A DNA stretch of 39,047 bases, from assembly GCA_003614145.1 (NCBI GenBank), contig KZ987732.1, forward strand, positions 1 through 39,047, given 5' to 3'. The translations under genes and the position numbers were made by a program. Shown piece by piece: positions 1 to 13,766 of this stretch. Origin of the DNA: Piptocephalis cylindrospora. Lineage: Eukaryota. The stretch's first letter is position 1. Each line of letters opens with the position of its first letter. The notes beneath the pieces were generated by a model, which saw only the letters and a program-made list of their open reading frames with translations, searched no databases and was not told the DNA's origin.

Positions 1-327
1 AGAGAAAAGGCAAGTAAAAAAGGGGTTGAAGACGGTGGGAGGGAGTGAAAAGGGGGAAGAAGAGAAGAAAGGGAGGGGGGAGTAGAGGAGCGATGAGGAT
101 GGCGGATGAGGAAGGGAAGAAGGGGAAGAGGGGAGTACCGGGAAGTGGGAGAAAGAGAAGGTGTTGGGAGGTGAGTGAAGTGGAGTGCGGGAAGGAGAGC
201 GCGAAAGGCACCCGCTCCTGTCAAGGCGGGTGGAAGAGCGGGGAGCTGGGGCTGGGCCAAGCTATGCTGACCGGAGTTGGGAGGACAGTGAGAGAGGATG
301 GGTACAGGGAGCGGAGACAGGGATAAG

Positions 328-360
328 AGAGTGTGTGTATGTGTGCGTGTGCGTGTGTGC
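328..360. repeat. (GT)n-type microsatellite
   Basis: gagtgtgtgtatgtgtgcgtgtgcgtgtgtgc. Confidence 0.7.
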
Positions 361-1197
361 CACTTCACACCACCACCATCACTGGCTGGTGGCTTCTATG
401 GGGAATTACCGTGGAAAATATGGTACCAAACTGAATGTAAATTTCAGATGAAATTCACCTTTGATCTTGCCGAATAGAGCATTCGAGAAGGGTTACATGT
501 GATTCACGGCACGATCCATTTCGTTGTCCATCGAATAGAAAGATACACGAGGTTGAATTGAGTTGATATAACACGACGCATGGGATGAAAATGAAGTAAT
601 CATTGAAATGTAGCGTAAGAAATAGAGTGGGCAATAGCATTCGAAGAAAGTATGGAGCACATTGTTTACTTTGTGATGTTTGATTTCCGTATGTAAATAC
701 ATTAATTATTTTTGTAGAAACACAGTATGTAATTGCAGCTCTAGATTTGATATTGATATTGAAATACAGTATAGTAGTAGTAAACAGCGAAATGACATTG
801 AAATACAGTAGACTTTTATAGAGGAATGATTCAAAAAGAAACAATCCATTGATTTTTTACTCTTTTTTCAATGTGTCAATGCGTCGCAGTGTTGGTATCT
901 GCCTTACTGCCACTGTTGTTATTATCAGAGATCGTGTGCGTAAGTGGTTCTTTTTGAGTTGGTTCCTCCAAAGGTGACCGGAGAACCTCGAACTGCATGG
1001 AAAGTGCATCTCCTGAGCACATCGACCTCCCAGATCATCCCCTGGTCTTTGCTTTTGTTCCCTTCCTACCTCCTTATTTCTCTTCTCGCCTCTACCCTTC
1101 CCCAGAACCCCCCTTAGACGTGCTTTTATCCTCTCTCTAGTATTTCCGAGGGATTACAACCAGCATCTAATCATCTGTAGGAGCGCTTGGACCCATC

Positions 1198-4100
1198 ATG
1201 CCATCCAAGACTGACTCACCACAGGGTTATGGGCTGGACTCGGTTGAGGCCACCAGGTAAGTCACAAACCGCTTTAACCACCTCCTTTATTATTCCGCGC
1301 TCATCTTTTTTTTTCTTTCTTTCATAAATTGATGTAGTCGTTTATGTGCTGCCATTACCCAAGTACTACCTGCTCCCACCACTTATGCCTCACGCCTTAC
1401 AGGTAACGTTGATCCTACCCTGTTTGCCTCCATTCAATAGACTGACTCTGTTCTTGTATCCTCATACAGGGAATGTACGAGCGCTTGTTCGACCAGACAC
1501 CCTATTGCTGCTATTGGCCTCAGGTGTTTTCCTCGCTCAAGGCTGCCTTACGTCCCCGTCCTTGTCTCCGGATAATCAAACTGGGAATATCCTTACAGGT
1601 GCCTTTACTCTTACCCTCCTCGCTGCCCGAATCCTCTTCCTCCCGCCAGAGGAAGACACCGTAGGGTTAATCTCCCTCAAGATGCACAGGTTGGTCCATC
1701 GTCTCCGGACCCATGGAATGGCTCGCGCCGAGGACGGGCTTTTTGCTGCCCTGGCCCCTGCTCAAAAGGCCCACATCGTCCTTACCTTACGTGACCGAAT
1801 CCTCCAGCCCTTACCTACCCACTTACTAGTCCCAGACGATGTAGTTCAGCTATTCATTGGACAGGTGGCTCCTGTAGACCTAGTTGGTCTGGAGGAGATG
1901 GAGGGTGTCGTACTTGAGGAAGGCGATCGCTTTACCGCCCTGCATGTAACATCCAATTTCTCATATGAAAAGCCTATAAAAGCCCTATTCCGTGTCGTAG
2001 CCCCGAATCCCCCAGTAGCCCAGGAAATCAAGGGGGCTCTGGAGGCTGCCAGATCTCGTCCAAATCCCCCATCAGCGACGCAGCATCAGATATTTGTTCG
2101 GCTCTGGGGAGCCTACCTCACTACTGCCATCTGGGCATTGGCTTTTTTGGCGGGCATCCTTCGTTTGGTGTGCACATCATCACCCTCATCTTCGGAGGCC
2201 ACCTCAACGCGATCCTTTTACCTTTTGGCCTACTATCCTGTCCTCGCAGTCTCTCCACTTCTCCTCCTTCGATTTTCCATTCTTTCCAGTGCCGTTAGAG
2301 CCTATGCCACTGCCCGTGTTCTTACCCTTTTTCATGCCCTCAGCGAGTCACAGGAAGAGTTCAGGGATGATGATAGCGATGATGCCTTTGATGCTGAAGG
2401 CGCCCCCCCCACCAAGGAAGTTCATATCGATGAGCGTAAGTACATGTATTTTGATGTGTGGGGCCATGCAAGGGGTCTCTTCCCCCCGACTTATTTTTGG
2501 AATCCATTTAAAAGGAAGGGTTTGGCGCGAGGTATTTCGGCATGGGCTTTGGGAGAGTCAGGTCCGATTAGTGGAAATGCTCTCTGGCTGTACAGTCGTG
2601 TGCAGTGTTGATCGTCTAGGGACCTTGACTACGGTAGGGATGATGCGATTGAATCTTTTCGATTTATAAGATAGGGGATGAGCGGCTGTACTCGCTCAAT
2701 ACTTACTATTCCTCACCTTTCATTTCCTTGGGGAGGTGTTTCCATAGAATGCACCCTTCCCCGAGCAGTGGATTGTCATGAACCCCGAGGGGGAGGCCAC
2801 CTCCCTGGAGGTTCGGCCTGGCTATGGTCCTCGAGGAAGATGGACCCTGGATGAGGATGGGGATTGGCAAGGGGGCATGGATGGTCTAAGGCCCTTGGGT
2901 CTTGCTTGCCACCTTACCTCTTCTCACCTCGCTTGTCCTCATCACCGTCCTCCCGGAGGTCTTTCTATGCAGCGTTTCCTTACTGGGGAAGGAAGTCGGG
3001 AGTTGTGTGGTCGGCTCGGAATATTTTCCATTGAAGAGGGCATCAATGCACGTCAAGGTATGTTTTAGAGGGACGATGGATAGAATTATCATCTAGAGAT
3101 TCTTGCCATTATTTATTACTTCTTCCTTATCCATGTAGTCTGCCTTTGCGATTTTGCCAAAGCTGTGGGTATTGCCCCAGGGCTTTCCCAAGGGTTCGTT
3201 CGTCAGGTAGAGAGCATGTGGCTGACGAATCAGGGAACCGAAGCTCGCATGACCTCTTGGTCCCTTCAAGGATCCCATTCTGAAGGTAAGGGTATATTGT
3301 CCGGATAAACGGTACACGATTGTTCCAGCTCTATGTAAACTCACCATTATATCATGAATCAGATCGAGAAGGATGGAAGCAGCACTTTCTACAGGGAGAT
3401 CCATCCTTGATCTTGGCAAAGTGCACCGATTACTGGAGTGGTAGCGGGATCAATGGACTGGATGATCCCTTGGCGGGGAAGGAGGGTGAGGCTATTGAGG
3501 GGGAGGGGGCAAGAGCCTCCTTAAAGGACATTATCCGTAAGGCCACCATGGTAGACCGGACCTGTGTAGCCTTGGCCTATCGGCCCTGTCCTTTTGGAGG
3601 GATGGAGGATGAGATGAAGTCAAAGGACCTCGTGATCATTCCAGAGGAGGAGGAGGAGGAAAAGAGAAAGGGTGAAGACGGGGAGGAGCTCGGAGGCTGG
3701 GTCTTTTTAGGATTTGTCGTTTTTTGTGATGTGATCAAGCCCGACGTTTGCGACTTTCTCCAGGATCTAGGGGTTGCAGGAATTCGCTTTGTCTACTTTT
3801 CACCCTTTGAAGAGCGAAGGAGCAAGGCCTTTGCGGACCGGTTGGGCCTGGAAACAGATTGGAATACGTGTATTCGACTGAGAGATCCTACAGCAGGATC
3901 GGCTCATGATGAGGATGAGGGGGGAGGTGAAGGAAATGACGGAGTCGAGGGCACTAAAGAGCGGGAGGAAGACATGAACTCTGGTACTGCCCATACCTTT
4001 CCATCGCATCATGTAGATGTAGAGAGGTTACAGGGGAGGGCTCCGGAGTTCCATGAGATGAGCGTTCTCCCTAACCGTGGATCCATTGATCGAGGAGCCT

Positions 4101-5812
4101 CCGTCAAGTATAATGAAGACGGAGAGTCAGATGAGGAGGAAGATTGGGCTCAAACGGAGGAATACTGGGATGAAAGAAGCAAGGCACGGCTTCCTCAAGG
4201 TATTGAGGAGATTCGTCGACACATTGCCGAGGTGGATGATATCCCCTTGCAAATTTCTCTTTTTGCCGAGAGTAATGCGAAACGAAGTGAAGGAATGATG
4301 CAGATTCTTCAGGAGGAGGGTGAAGTGATTCTTTGTATTGGATCTACACTAAATCCTGCCCATACTATCCTATTCTCCGTGGTAAGTGCTGCGTGTATAC
4401 ATTCGGTTGATGAAGGAAAAAGCCATGGGCTGAGGGCTGACTCGAACTCCTTTCCTAGGGATGCCTTGGGGTAGGGGTAGAGCCTTTTAGACGAAGGATA
4501 CGGGCGGGCGGGCTGGCACCCGCAACAGGGTCTAGAGCGGGAATAGTGAGATCTACCACCACCTCGGCTTCTTCCTCCTTTTCTAATCCATCTCCCCCGT
4601 CTGGTACGCTGGGTCTTTGTCCATTGGAGGTTAGCTCCTCCATTGTTGGAGCTGCAACACTACTTACTTTGCACCATGAGGCCAGTCCCTTTATCCTTCT
4701 GCAGGTGATTGGTGAAGGGCGACGGCTTGTAGGAGCCCTTCAACAGGTGAGAACTGCTGGTCCTCTTTCTCAAAGTCCTCTGACTATACTGACCTTCCTC
4801 TTCCTTCTTTATGTTTGATCAGGCCATGCTCTTTGCCTGTGGGGTTGGTCTGTGGTTAGGGTGTTTGCAGTTGCTGTGCATTTGCCTTCGTCTTCCTCCG
4901 CCCTTGCTGTCCTATCATGTAGTGTGGCTCTCCATTGTGCCAGTGCCACTGCTGGCGGTGAGTTCATTGGGAACAGAAGATGTGGAGGTGATCAAGCATA
5001 TGCCTCGGAAGAACAAGGGTCATCTCGGGCAGAAGAAAAGACTAATGCTCCTTTGGACCGGTCGATTCCTCATCTCCGTCCTGCTTGGATGTCTCACCTA
5101 TATCTTGTACGTGAAGGCCTCTGACGAGGACCCATACTTTGTGTCTACGCTACTAATCAATCCATTACTGTATCATCCCTTTAGGGCCTTATACTCCCTG
5201 ATGGGTCATCCATCCGATATTCTGAGTCAATGTGATGATCAAGGAATGTGTGAGGTGGATCTTGGACATCGGGAAGCCTTACGGAAAGCCCAACTTTACA
5301 CCTTTGCCGTCCTTCTCTTCCATCTCTGTATGTACGAGGTGTTGGAAGGGTGGCGTGACATTGAGATGACTAATGTTGCCATCCTCCTTGTTCTAGTAAT
5401 TATCTCTAGCACATTTACCACTCGTCTTGTCTCTCTAATCTCTAGCCCGCCCTATAGGAATGGGGCCTGGATGGCGGCTGCGACACTCAGGTACGGTTCA
5501 CTTGCTCTAGGACGATAGTCTTTTCACCTTGAAAATCAAACCTTCTCTCATCCTTCTTTCACTTCACACTGTAGCATCTTGTTATCAGCTGCGTTGATCC
5601 TCCCATTGTACTTCCTAGACAGGGAAAACGTATCAGCGCCCACTCCTCCCTTGTCCTGGTATGTGCATGTGGTGTCATGGGTCCCGCCTGTCCTTTTAGT
5701 CCTTCCATTGGAGGAGATTGTCAAAGCCCTGGATGCCCGAGCCTTTCGAAAGTGGCAACGGAGACGTAAACTCGAGTTCAACACCAAGCTTGGCATGCAC
5801 TCTCCTGTATGA
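1198..5812 (+). CDS. TMEM94: TMEM94/KIAA0195 (ERMA)-like atypical P-type ATPase, 12 exons
   Basis: Frame-consistent splicing with introns 1257-1337, 1403-1469, 2436-2514, 2634-2747, 3058-3138, 3286-3362, 4382-4458, 4747-4822, 5107-5184, 5328-5396, 5491-5574. Motifs: N-terminal GLDSVEATSRL, A-domain LVPDDVVQL..GQVAPVD, P-site-like CSVDRLGTLT, CTDYWSG, GIRFVYFS, LGLETDWNTCI, ARLPQGIEEIRRHIAEVDDIPLQISLF and C-terminal KLEFNTKLGMHSPV, typical of TMEM94. Confidence 0.9.
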
Positions 5813-5853
5813 GATGAAGAGGATGTGTACTTTTACTCTATTATTTGCCATTT

Positions 5854-5878
5854 CATCCATCCATCCATCCATCCATCC
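5854..5878. repeat. (CATC)n microsatellite between convergent 3' ends
   Basis: catccatccatccatccatccatcc. Confidence 0.85.
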
Positions 5879-6038
5879 TCTTCGCTTGTCCTGACCATTT
5901 CCGATCTTGTGATTGTGTGAGAAAGAAGGAGAGATGAATATATACGGAGAGGTACTCATTGTTTCTGTATATTTCAAGAGGCTAGCAAGTACGCACGAAT
6001 GTCTTTATCCCATAACAGCACTTCCTCTTTTCTTTTCT

Positions 6039-8189
6039 CTAAGCCCGAGCCCTCAGCCATTCAAGAAGGGCATCGGACCCGCGATCCAGGATGTCACGTC
6101 GAGGGATGCGGAAGCGATTGCCATCGACTGAGACTTGACGCAGATTCGGGCATAGACCAAGACGGGGCGGGAGGGAGGTGAGCTCATTGTTGGCCATATC
6201 CAAGGTACGAAGGGAGGTGCAGGCCTCGGGGTCGAGAGTAGTGACCTTGTTATCCCGCAGGATCAAAGTGGTCAGGGTAGAGAGGACAAAAGTGCCTGGA
6301 GGCATGGGGCCGGAGAGGCGATTGCGGGTGAGATTAAGGTCAGTGAGGGCAGGGTAGGCCTGGGCCACCTCTTGGGTGGGCCATTGGGTAATGAGATTAT
6401 GTCCCAGATCCAGCTCCCGAAGCAGGGGCAGGGGCTTTGGGGGAATGGGGAAGGATGAAAGACGATTATGGGAGAGGATGAGGCAAACAAGACCATCTCC
6501 GGCCCCCCAGAGTAGGGGAGGGGGAATAGTGAGGGAGTTCCGGGAGAGAACCAGGGTAGAGGGGAGGAAAGGGAGATCGGAGGGAAGGGCGGCGTCGGTT
6601 AGGCCTAGCTTTTCATCTCCAAGACCCTTGCCAGCCAGATCGATGGTTCGAGTGTTGTGCGCCTGGGCAGGGATGTCGAGCTGGAGGACAGGCCCTTTGG
6701 GCTTGGGTGGTCCGGAGACAAGGGTAAGTTCTTCCATAATGGATATGGCTATTGGAGCAGGGGAATTGGTGGCTTCAGGCTCAGGAGTGATCTCCTTGGG
6801 TTCTGGGGTTAATTGGTCTGGAGGAGTGGGGATGGGGGTAGGGGTACTGGCTCTGGCTTCCTGCGTACCTCCTTCACCCTGGGCCTGGAGGGCAGTGGCC
6901 CTTTCCTGCTCTGCCTGAGCCCTTGCTTCCTGTTCTATTGATTCATCTAAAGTGAGATACACGGTGCAGAGTTTTTAGGTAAGAAAAAGATTAAGCCTAC
7001 CATTAGAGATACGAGCATAGAGCCACTTAAGGACGATCGACGTTCCACTTCCGTTTCGAGGAACAATACGAATGGGGTTCCCATCCCAGGATAGACTGTC
7101 AAGGGTTCCTTCCAGGAGGCCCAGGAGGGGAGGAAGACTACGAAATTCATTAGCACCGATATCCAGACGGGTCAGAGTGGAAAGGCAAGTGAGACCGAGG
7201 GGTAGGGCGTCCAGCTTATTGCACCTCAGATCCAGAACAGAAAGAGCGGGGGAGTAACATAGGGTGGATCCTAGGGAGATGAGGGAATTGTTGGAAAATA
7301 TGAGCTCCTGGAGGTTGGGGGCCTGAAGACGCTCAAATCGAATAGCCTTGCAACGGTGCATCTCCAAGGTCTGTAGGGCCGGGAGGATAAGAGGCCCCTC
7401 CTGGATGGGGTCACCGTCCTTGGAAGAAAGGTGGGGGTTCTCACTGACTCGAAGGGTCTTTAATCGGGTTAAGCGAGAGAGCAAACGGCCGGGAAGATGG
7501 GTTAGATGATTACGCGACAAGTTCAGGGTTCGAAGGGAGAAAAGACTGCCCAGATCTTCCGGGAGGACTGTGAGAGCATTGCTAGAAAGGTCCAAAGTCT
7601 GAAGAAGCTGAAGCTGGCGGATGCCCGGGCCAATGGTGGAGATGGCATTGGCAGGCATGGATAGTTCTGTGAGGGCAGGGAGGGAGAGGATGGCAGCAGG
7701 GATGTGATCAAAGGCATTGGAGGTCAGATGGACGATGCTCAGAGCTTCCAGCTCCCCTAGCTCCAGAGGCAACTGGGAAAGGCGATTGTTGCGGAGATCC
7801 AAGTAGGTGAGTTGGGGGAAGGCTGACACAATGCGGGGGTCCAAGGAGGTGAGGAGGTTGTTGGCGGCAGTGAAGCGTAGAAGCTCGGTAAATTCGGGGC
7901 TGGAGTATCCGGCTTTGGAGAAGTCCACAGGGCCTGAGGGCTGCTCTGGCTCCGATAGGGCCCAGACGTCCTCAGGGATCTCTGCTAGGTCCCGGTCGGA
8001 GAGGTTGAGTCGACCGGTGGTCCGTGCTTGAGTCAAGATGGCCTTTGGGACCGAGGAAGGGTCGGTTGGGGTAGGGGCCGGGGCCTGAGGGCCACGTCGA
8101 TTTGAGAATGAGGCTGATGGGGTACGAGCGGTGGATCGTCGACCGGATGGTCTAGTGGGTGGGGCATCGTCGTTGCCTAACCAGGACAT
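6039..8189 (-). CDS. Leucine-rich repeat protein, LRRC40-like, 2 exons
   Basis: ORFs 6975-8189 and 6039-6962 join in frame via a GT-AG intron at 7000-6947. Many LxxLxLxxNxL repeats, N-cap ARTTGRLNLSDRDLAEIPEDVW, and two C-caps (GNPIRIVPR...VLKWLYAR; GNRFRIPRRDILDRGSDALLEWLRAR) as in LRRC40. Confidence 0.85.
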
Positions 8190-9212
8190 AGTGTTGGTGT
8201 TAGTTGGGATGGAGATAAGGGAAGGGGAGTGTCTGTTCAGATAGGATTGACCCAGGGTTGAGTACTATAAAGGCTGTGGGATGTACGCTGCCGATCCCCC
8301 TACTGTGCCTCTTTTGCCCTGGGTTGTGATTCCTACGGTATTGGGAGGGTGGCAAGGCCTGATATTTCAGAGAAGAAGGCCAGGCTGGGTGACGATTGAA
8401 CCCACCTCGTTGGAGAAGTCAGTGGGGGGGGAGGATGCACGCAAAGTCCGACATGTGCCGACGGAGTTTGACCCGATATTGCACGTTGACAAGCACATTC
8501 GTCGTATATTGGGAGCAAGGGGTAAAATCGATCAGAGGAAAAGGAAGAGAAAGAAAAAAGAAGGGTCAAGGAACATTTGATATGTGCTTACTATGACGGG
8601 CTGATGAGACAAACGTTTTATCATCGGACAATGCCATGTCCAACAAGCGGTAAAGGTTTTTGACGTGGAACAGTGGCTATTCAGCGAGAGAGAGGAATGT
8701 TATCAAAGAGGCGTGAGCGAGGACTTGACGCTCGACTATTTTCACCCTGGCAACCTAGGAATCTAGGATAGCCCTTGCTTGATACCCGAGTTTTGAGCGA
8801 GACGGCGGAGAACATAAAAAAATGATGAGACACGTGCATATCGAGTGCTAGACTGCGCAAGTGAAACTCCGACCCTCGTGGCTTTCAAGGCCATACGGAT
8901 GCTCTCCAGGATAAAAGGTTGATAAGTCGAGGCATACAGATCGCTCTTTTCATTCACCTGCTCTTTCCTTTTCCCCAAGGTTCACCATCCTCCCTCACAC
9001 CTTTTTTCCTTTACGACCCACCTTACGAAAGAAAGCTCGGCGTCCCCTTACTTCCTTGATCCACCCATCCTTGATACATCCCAGGACCCCACATCCTGAT
9101 ATACCTGGCCTCCTCCCACTGCGTCATTCCATCATCTTCACTTTATTGACGACGGCAAAGATATATTATCTACTTCTGCTAGATATCCCATACAGCCCAA
9201 CACCACTCAGCC

Positions 9213-10439
9213 ATGGCTTCCTTCCTGTCTCTTTTAACTCTTACTGCCCTGGCCATCCTGCTCTTTACCTCGGATGCTTCTGGTATGAAAAGAGCTCATT
9301 CGCAAATGGCCTCCAGGAAACACTCTACTCATGAGATTCGGCATAATCCTAGACATTCGATTCGTGAGGCTTTAGGGTGCCCTAAACGCCGCAAGGACCT
9401 GGGAGGTGCTGTGCCCATTCTACCGATGTTGGAGTACTTTCTCCAGGGCGGCGAAGTGGATTACAAGCAGTGGGCGCTTTGTGCTGAACAAGCTGTTAAC
9501 CAAGCTCTTGCTCCAGATGCTTTAAAAGGAAGGCGAAACTACATGGAGAGGGAGCTACCTTCTCGCCTTTCTGTGAGCTCCCCGATCGGTGAAGGGGTGA
9601 GTGGGGTTGTTTTTGACGCGACACTGGAGGGCGAAGGCTGGTCCAGATCCCATAAAAGCATCCCCGATGCGTCAATCCCTAAGGATAGGAAGGTAGTCGC
9701 GAAGTATATTCAACGAAAACAGACTACTGGAGAAAAAATTCGCCAGGAGATTATTGCTATGATTCGTACTTATTCCCGGCAACCGAACGGGATTCTGCGA
9801 ATTTTTGACATCGTTGTGGAAAATCCAGATTATTGGATAATCATCCTGGAAAGGGCCGACGGAGACATGTTCTCATGGATGAGTAGCCTGGGTCCTTATA
9901 ATTCAATCTCTGAGGCTCATATCAAATGCTATCTCCAGGAGGTAATCCAGGCGGTATTGTACATGGGTGAACATGACATCTATCACCGGGACATCAAGTT
10001 GGAAAATCTCCTTTACTTCAAGAGAGATGATGGACACATTAGCGTGAAACTCGGAGATTTTGGTCATGCCATTTACCACAAGGATCAGCTACCGCCGAGT
10101 GGGGTACTATCCCAAGAGGGTACACTCCTGATGTTGCCTCCAGGGATGTTTCGCGGAAGGTTCAAGGGCCCGTGGAAGAGTGCTAATATCAAGTTTCAGG
10201 ATAGATACGCCCTTGCGGCTGTGATCTACGAAATGGCGATTCCCTTTAAGTTGCAACCTAAGCAGGAAGAAGATGGATTCGTCCATCGTATTCTGACTCC
10301 TGAACTACGAAAACATATAAGCAAGGAGCTAGCCGCTATATTTACAGAGGTCCTCGAGCCGAAGCTTGGGCCTTATAAAGTCACGAAAGAACGTATGCTT
10401 AAGCTCATCGAAGACTGGTTCCACTCAGAGCATATGTGA
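9213..10439 (+). CDS. Intronless Ser/Thr protein kinase (divergent, CAMK-like) with N-terminal signal peptide
   Basis: Hydrophobic N-terminus MASFLSLLTLTALAILLFTSDASG; Gly-loop GEGVSG, VVAK, alphaC RQEI, HRDIKLEN, DFG, GT..LPPG in place of APE, alphaF DRYALAAVIYEM. Confidence 0.85.
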   Translation: MASFLSLLTLTALAILLFTSDASGMKRAHSQMASRKHSTHEIRHNPRHSIREALGCPKRRKDLGGAVPILPMLEYFLQGGEVDYKQWALCAEQAVNQALAPDALKGRRNYMERELPSRLSVSSPIGEGVSGVVFDATLEGEGWSRSHKSIPDASIPKDRKVVAKYIQRKQTTGEKIRQEIIAMIRTYSRQPNGILRIFDIVVENPDYWIIILERADGDMFSWMSSLGPYNSISEAHIKCYLQEVIQAVLYMGEHDIYHRDIKLENLLYFKRDDGHISVKLGDFGHAIYHKDQLPPSGVLSQEGTLLMLPPGMFRGRFKGPWKSANIKFQDRYALAAVIYEMAIPFKLQPKQEEDGFVHRILTPELRKHISKELAAIFTEVLEPKLGPYKVTKERMLKLIEDWFHSEHM

Positions 10440-10536
10440 GGATAGGGGTATGGAGCGACCAATGTGAAAGCCCTTTGTTTCTCTTATATTTCAACCGTTG
10501 CCACTCTTTCCTCTTCTCCTGTCCATTCTGCCCCTT

Positions 10537-10949
10537 TTACACTAGCATGAGGGGGGATGAGAGAGAGAGAGGGAGAGAGAATGAGTGGGAGTGAAAGTTA
10601 TCTAAGATATCTCACCCATGCAATTCTTACCGCTTAAAAAGTCCGAGGCGAGCAATAGCTCCAGGGCATACTCGGGATCAATATCAAAGTCGGGGACCAC
10701 CCCAGTGGCATCATCATAGGCCAGCTTGTACATGAGATACTCGCAGACTCGTTCAAGCACAGGGGCAGATAGGGTGTGAAGGGTGACATGGGAAGAAATG
10801 GACTCGGAGAACTGACTGTGTCCAGCCAGCATATTGTTAATGGTTTCCGACCCTGTAGCCGCTGCCCTTGGCAGGACAAATGAGAAGCCGTCGGCTGATG
10901 TTAGGGTGACATAGGGATGTTCTCCTGCAAAAAGATCACTTGAGCTCAT
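10537..10949 (-). CDS. ELC1: Elongin C (SKP1/BTB-like), 2 exons
   Basis: ATG at 10949; YVTLTSADGFSFVL...SETINNML...QFSES...LERVCEYLMYK...PDFDIDPEYALELLLASDFL. Intron 10630-10542 (GTAAGA...CTAG) then TG-TAA gives C-terminus FLSV*. Confidence 0.9.
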
Positions 10950-11387
10950 TTGGATTGGAGACAGAAAGAGATGAATTGGGAGCTGATGGGAGAGATGAGA
11001 GGAAACAGGACAAGGGATGGGATGGGAAGAGACGGGATGAAGGACTTTTGAACTGAAAGGCAGCTCGCGCTGATGGCGGTCAGTCCATCCAGGTGGTGTC
11101 TTAGGACAAGGCTCACTCTTATACATGTTTTCCATCAGTGTAGGGAAGTGGTACACACTGGGTTGTTCTCTATTGGATGCAGTACACCGTCTCTCCCACC
11201 CACGACCACCTCGTTCACTTACTCACTCCACCTCCGGTCAAGCTCCGCACAGGGTAGAGAGCACTTTGAGGGGTACACATCAACACGATCCTTCCAAGTC
11301 TTCCTCTCTTTCACTCTCTCGCTCATTCCATCCCCCTTGTCTCCCTCCTCCTTCAACCCTCCTCCTCCTTCCCCCCTTTCCATCGCA

Positions 11388-12445
<1,058 letters not shown>

Positions 12446-12743
12446 AGATAGTGAATGGTGGTCTAGAGACTGGTCTGATTGAAGGAGGATAATGGTAGTC
12501 TAGAGGAGAGTAGCTGTGGTCTCGAATGGGCAATACTTTTTTTTCCATTCCATATACCTTGATGATGATAATTGATTGATCCTATATGCATAGTCGTATA
12601 TACATCCTTTGGATGAGACTGTTGCTGGAAGACTTTGAGACACATTCAGAAAGCAAGCTCATATATCTGCATCCTCAAGCATTTATCCACCTCTCGCTCT
12701 CCCATACGCACAAGCAGGAAGGGGACAGGGTGACGCATCCCCC

Positions 12744-13766
12744 TCAGAGTAAAGTCTCTCCGAGAGCGCTCCTAACCAGGGAACAGCCGATCTTGACAGT
12801 CTGTTGCCAACTGGCTTCGTCGGATCCGAGAAGAGGATTGACCTCGACGACATCCAGGGCCACAAGACACTTGGTTTCGGCAATGGCCTCGCAAATGTAA
12901 TGCCCCTCACGGAAGGTCAGGCCCCCACGGACAGGGGTGCCAGTGGCAGGGGCCACGGAGGGATCAAGGGCATCGACGTCAAAGGACAGATGGATGGGCT
13001 TGGTTCGGTCGGGATTGACGTGATCTAGGGCCATCTCGACCACCTTGCCAATACCGTACTTGTCGACCTCGAACATGGAAAAGGCCTTGATGTTATGCTC
13101 TCGTAGGATGCGCTTCTCGGCAGGATCTACATCCCGAAGGCCAATGTACACGAGGTTGGAGGGCTTTAATCGGGGCTGGACCCATTCAAAGCCCTCGACC
13201 TTCCCGGCGATACCGAGCATCCAGGAGATGGGACATCCGTGAAGATTACCCGAATCCGTCGAATCTGGGGTATTAATATCGGCATGCGCATCCACCCAGA
13301 TTAGACAAGTGTCCTCTCCGTACACCGCGGTGCTTCCACTCACGGTTCCCAGGCCAATGCTATGGTCTCCTCCTAGGGTAAGGACCATTTGGCCCTGACG
13401 GGCATGGGACTCGACGGCCTCGGAGACGGCCTTGGAAACGGCTCCGACATACCGAGGGCGTTTGAGAATTCCAATATCTGGATCTTCTGCGGGTTCCAGA
13501 TCCTTGTAATGGTCCAGACGGCCGTCATGGTCTACCTTCCATCCCAGATCCTTGATCTGATCCAGGATACCATGTTCGATCATACGGATGGGACCTTCGT
13601 CCACTCCTCCCTTTGGCTATGTGATGGTGATGGTGGTGGTGAGAGGGGGGCTGAAGAGGTAATTCAAGAATGGCATGGATGGCAAAGGGTATACCTGACC
13701 ACCAGAAAAGGAAACACCGAGGACAGCGACGCTACTGGGAGACTTGATAAACTTGGATTCAGTCAT
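12744..13766 (-). CDS. CAR1: Arginase, 2 exons
   Basis: Exon 1 13766-13695 (MTESKFIK...FSGGQ), intron 13694-13617, exon 2 PKGGVDEGP... Contains [14 protein letters not shown]...[29 protein letters not shown] and EVNP signatures. Confidence 0.96.
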
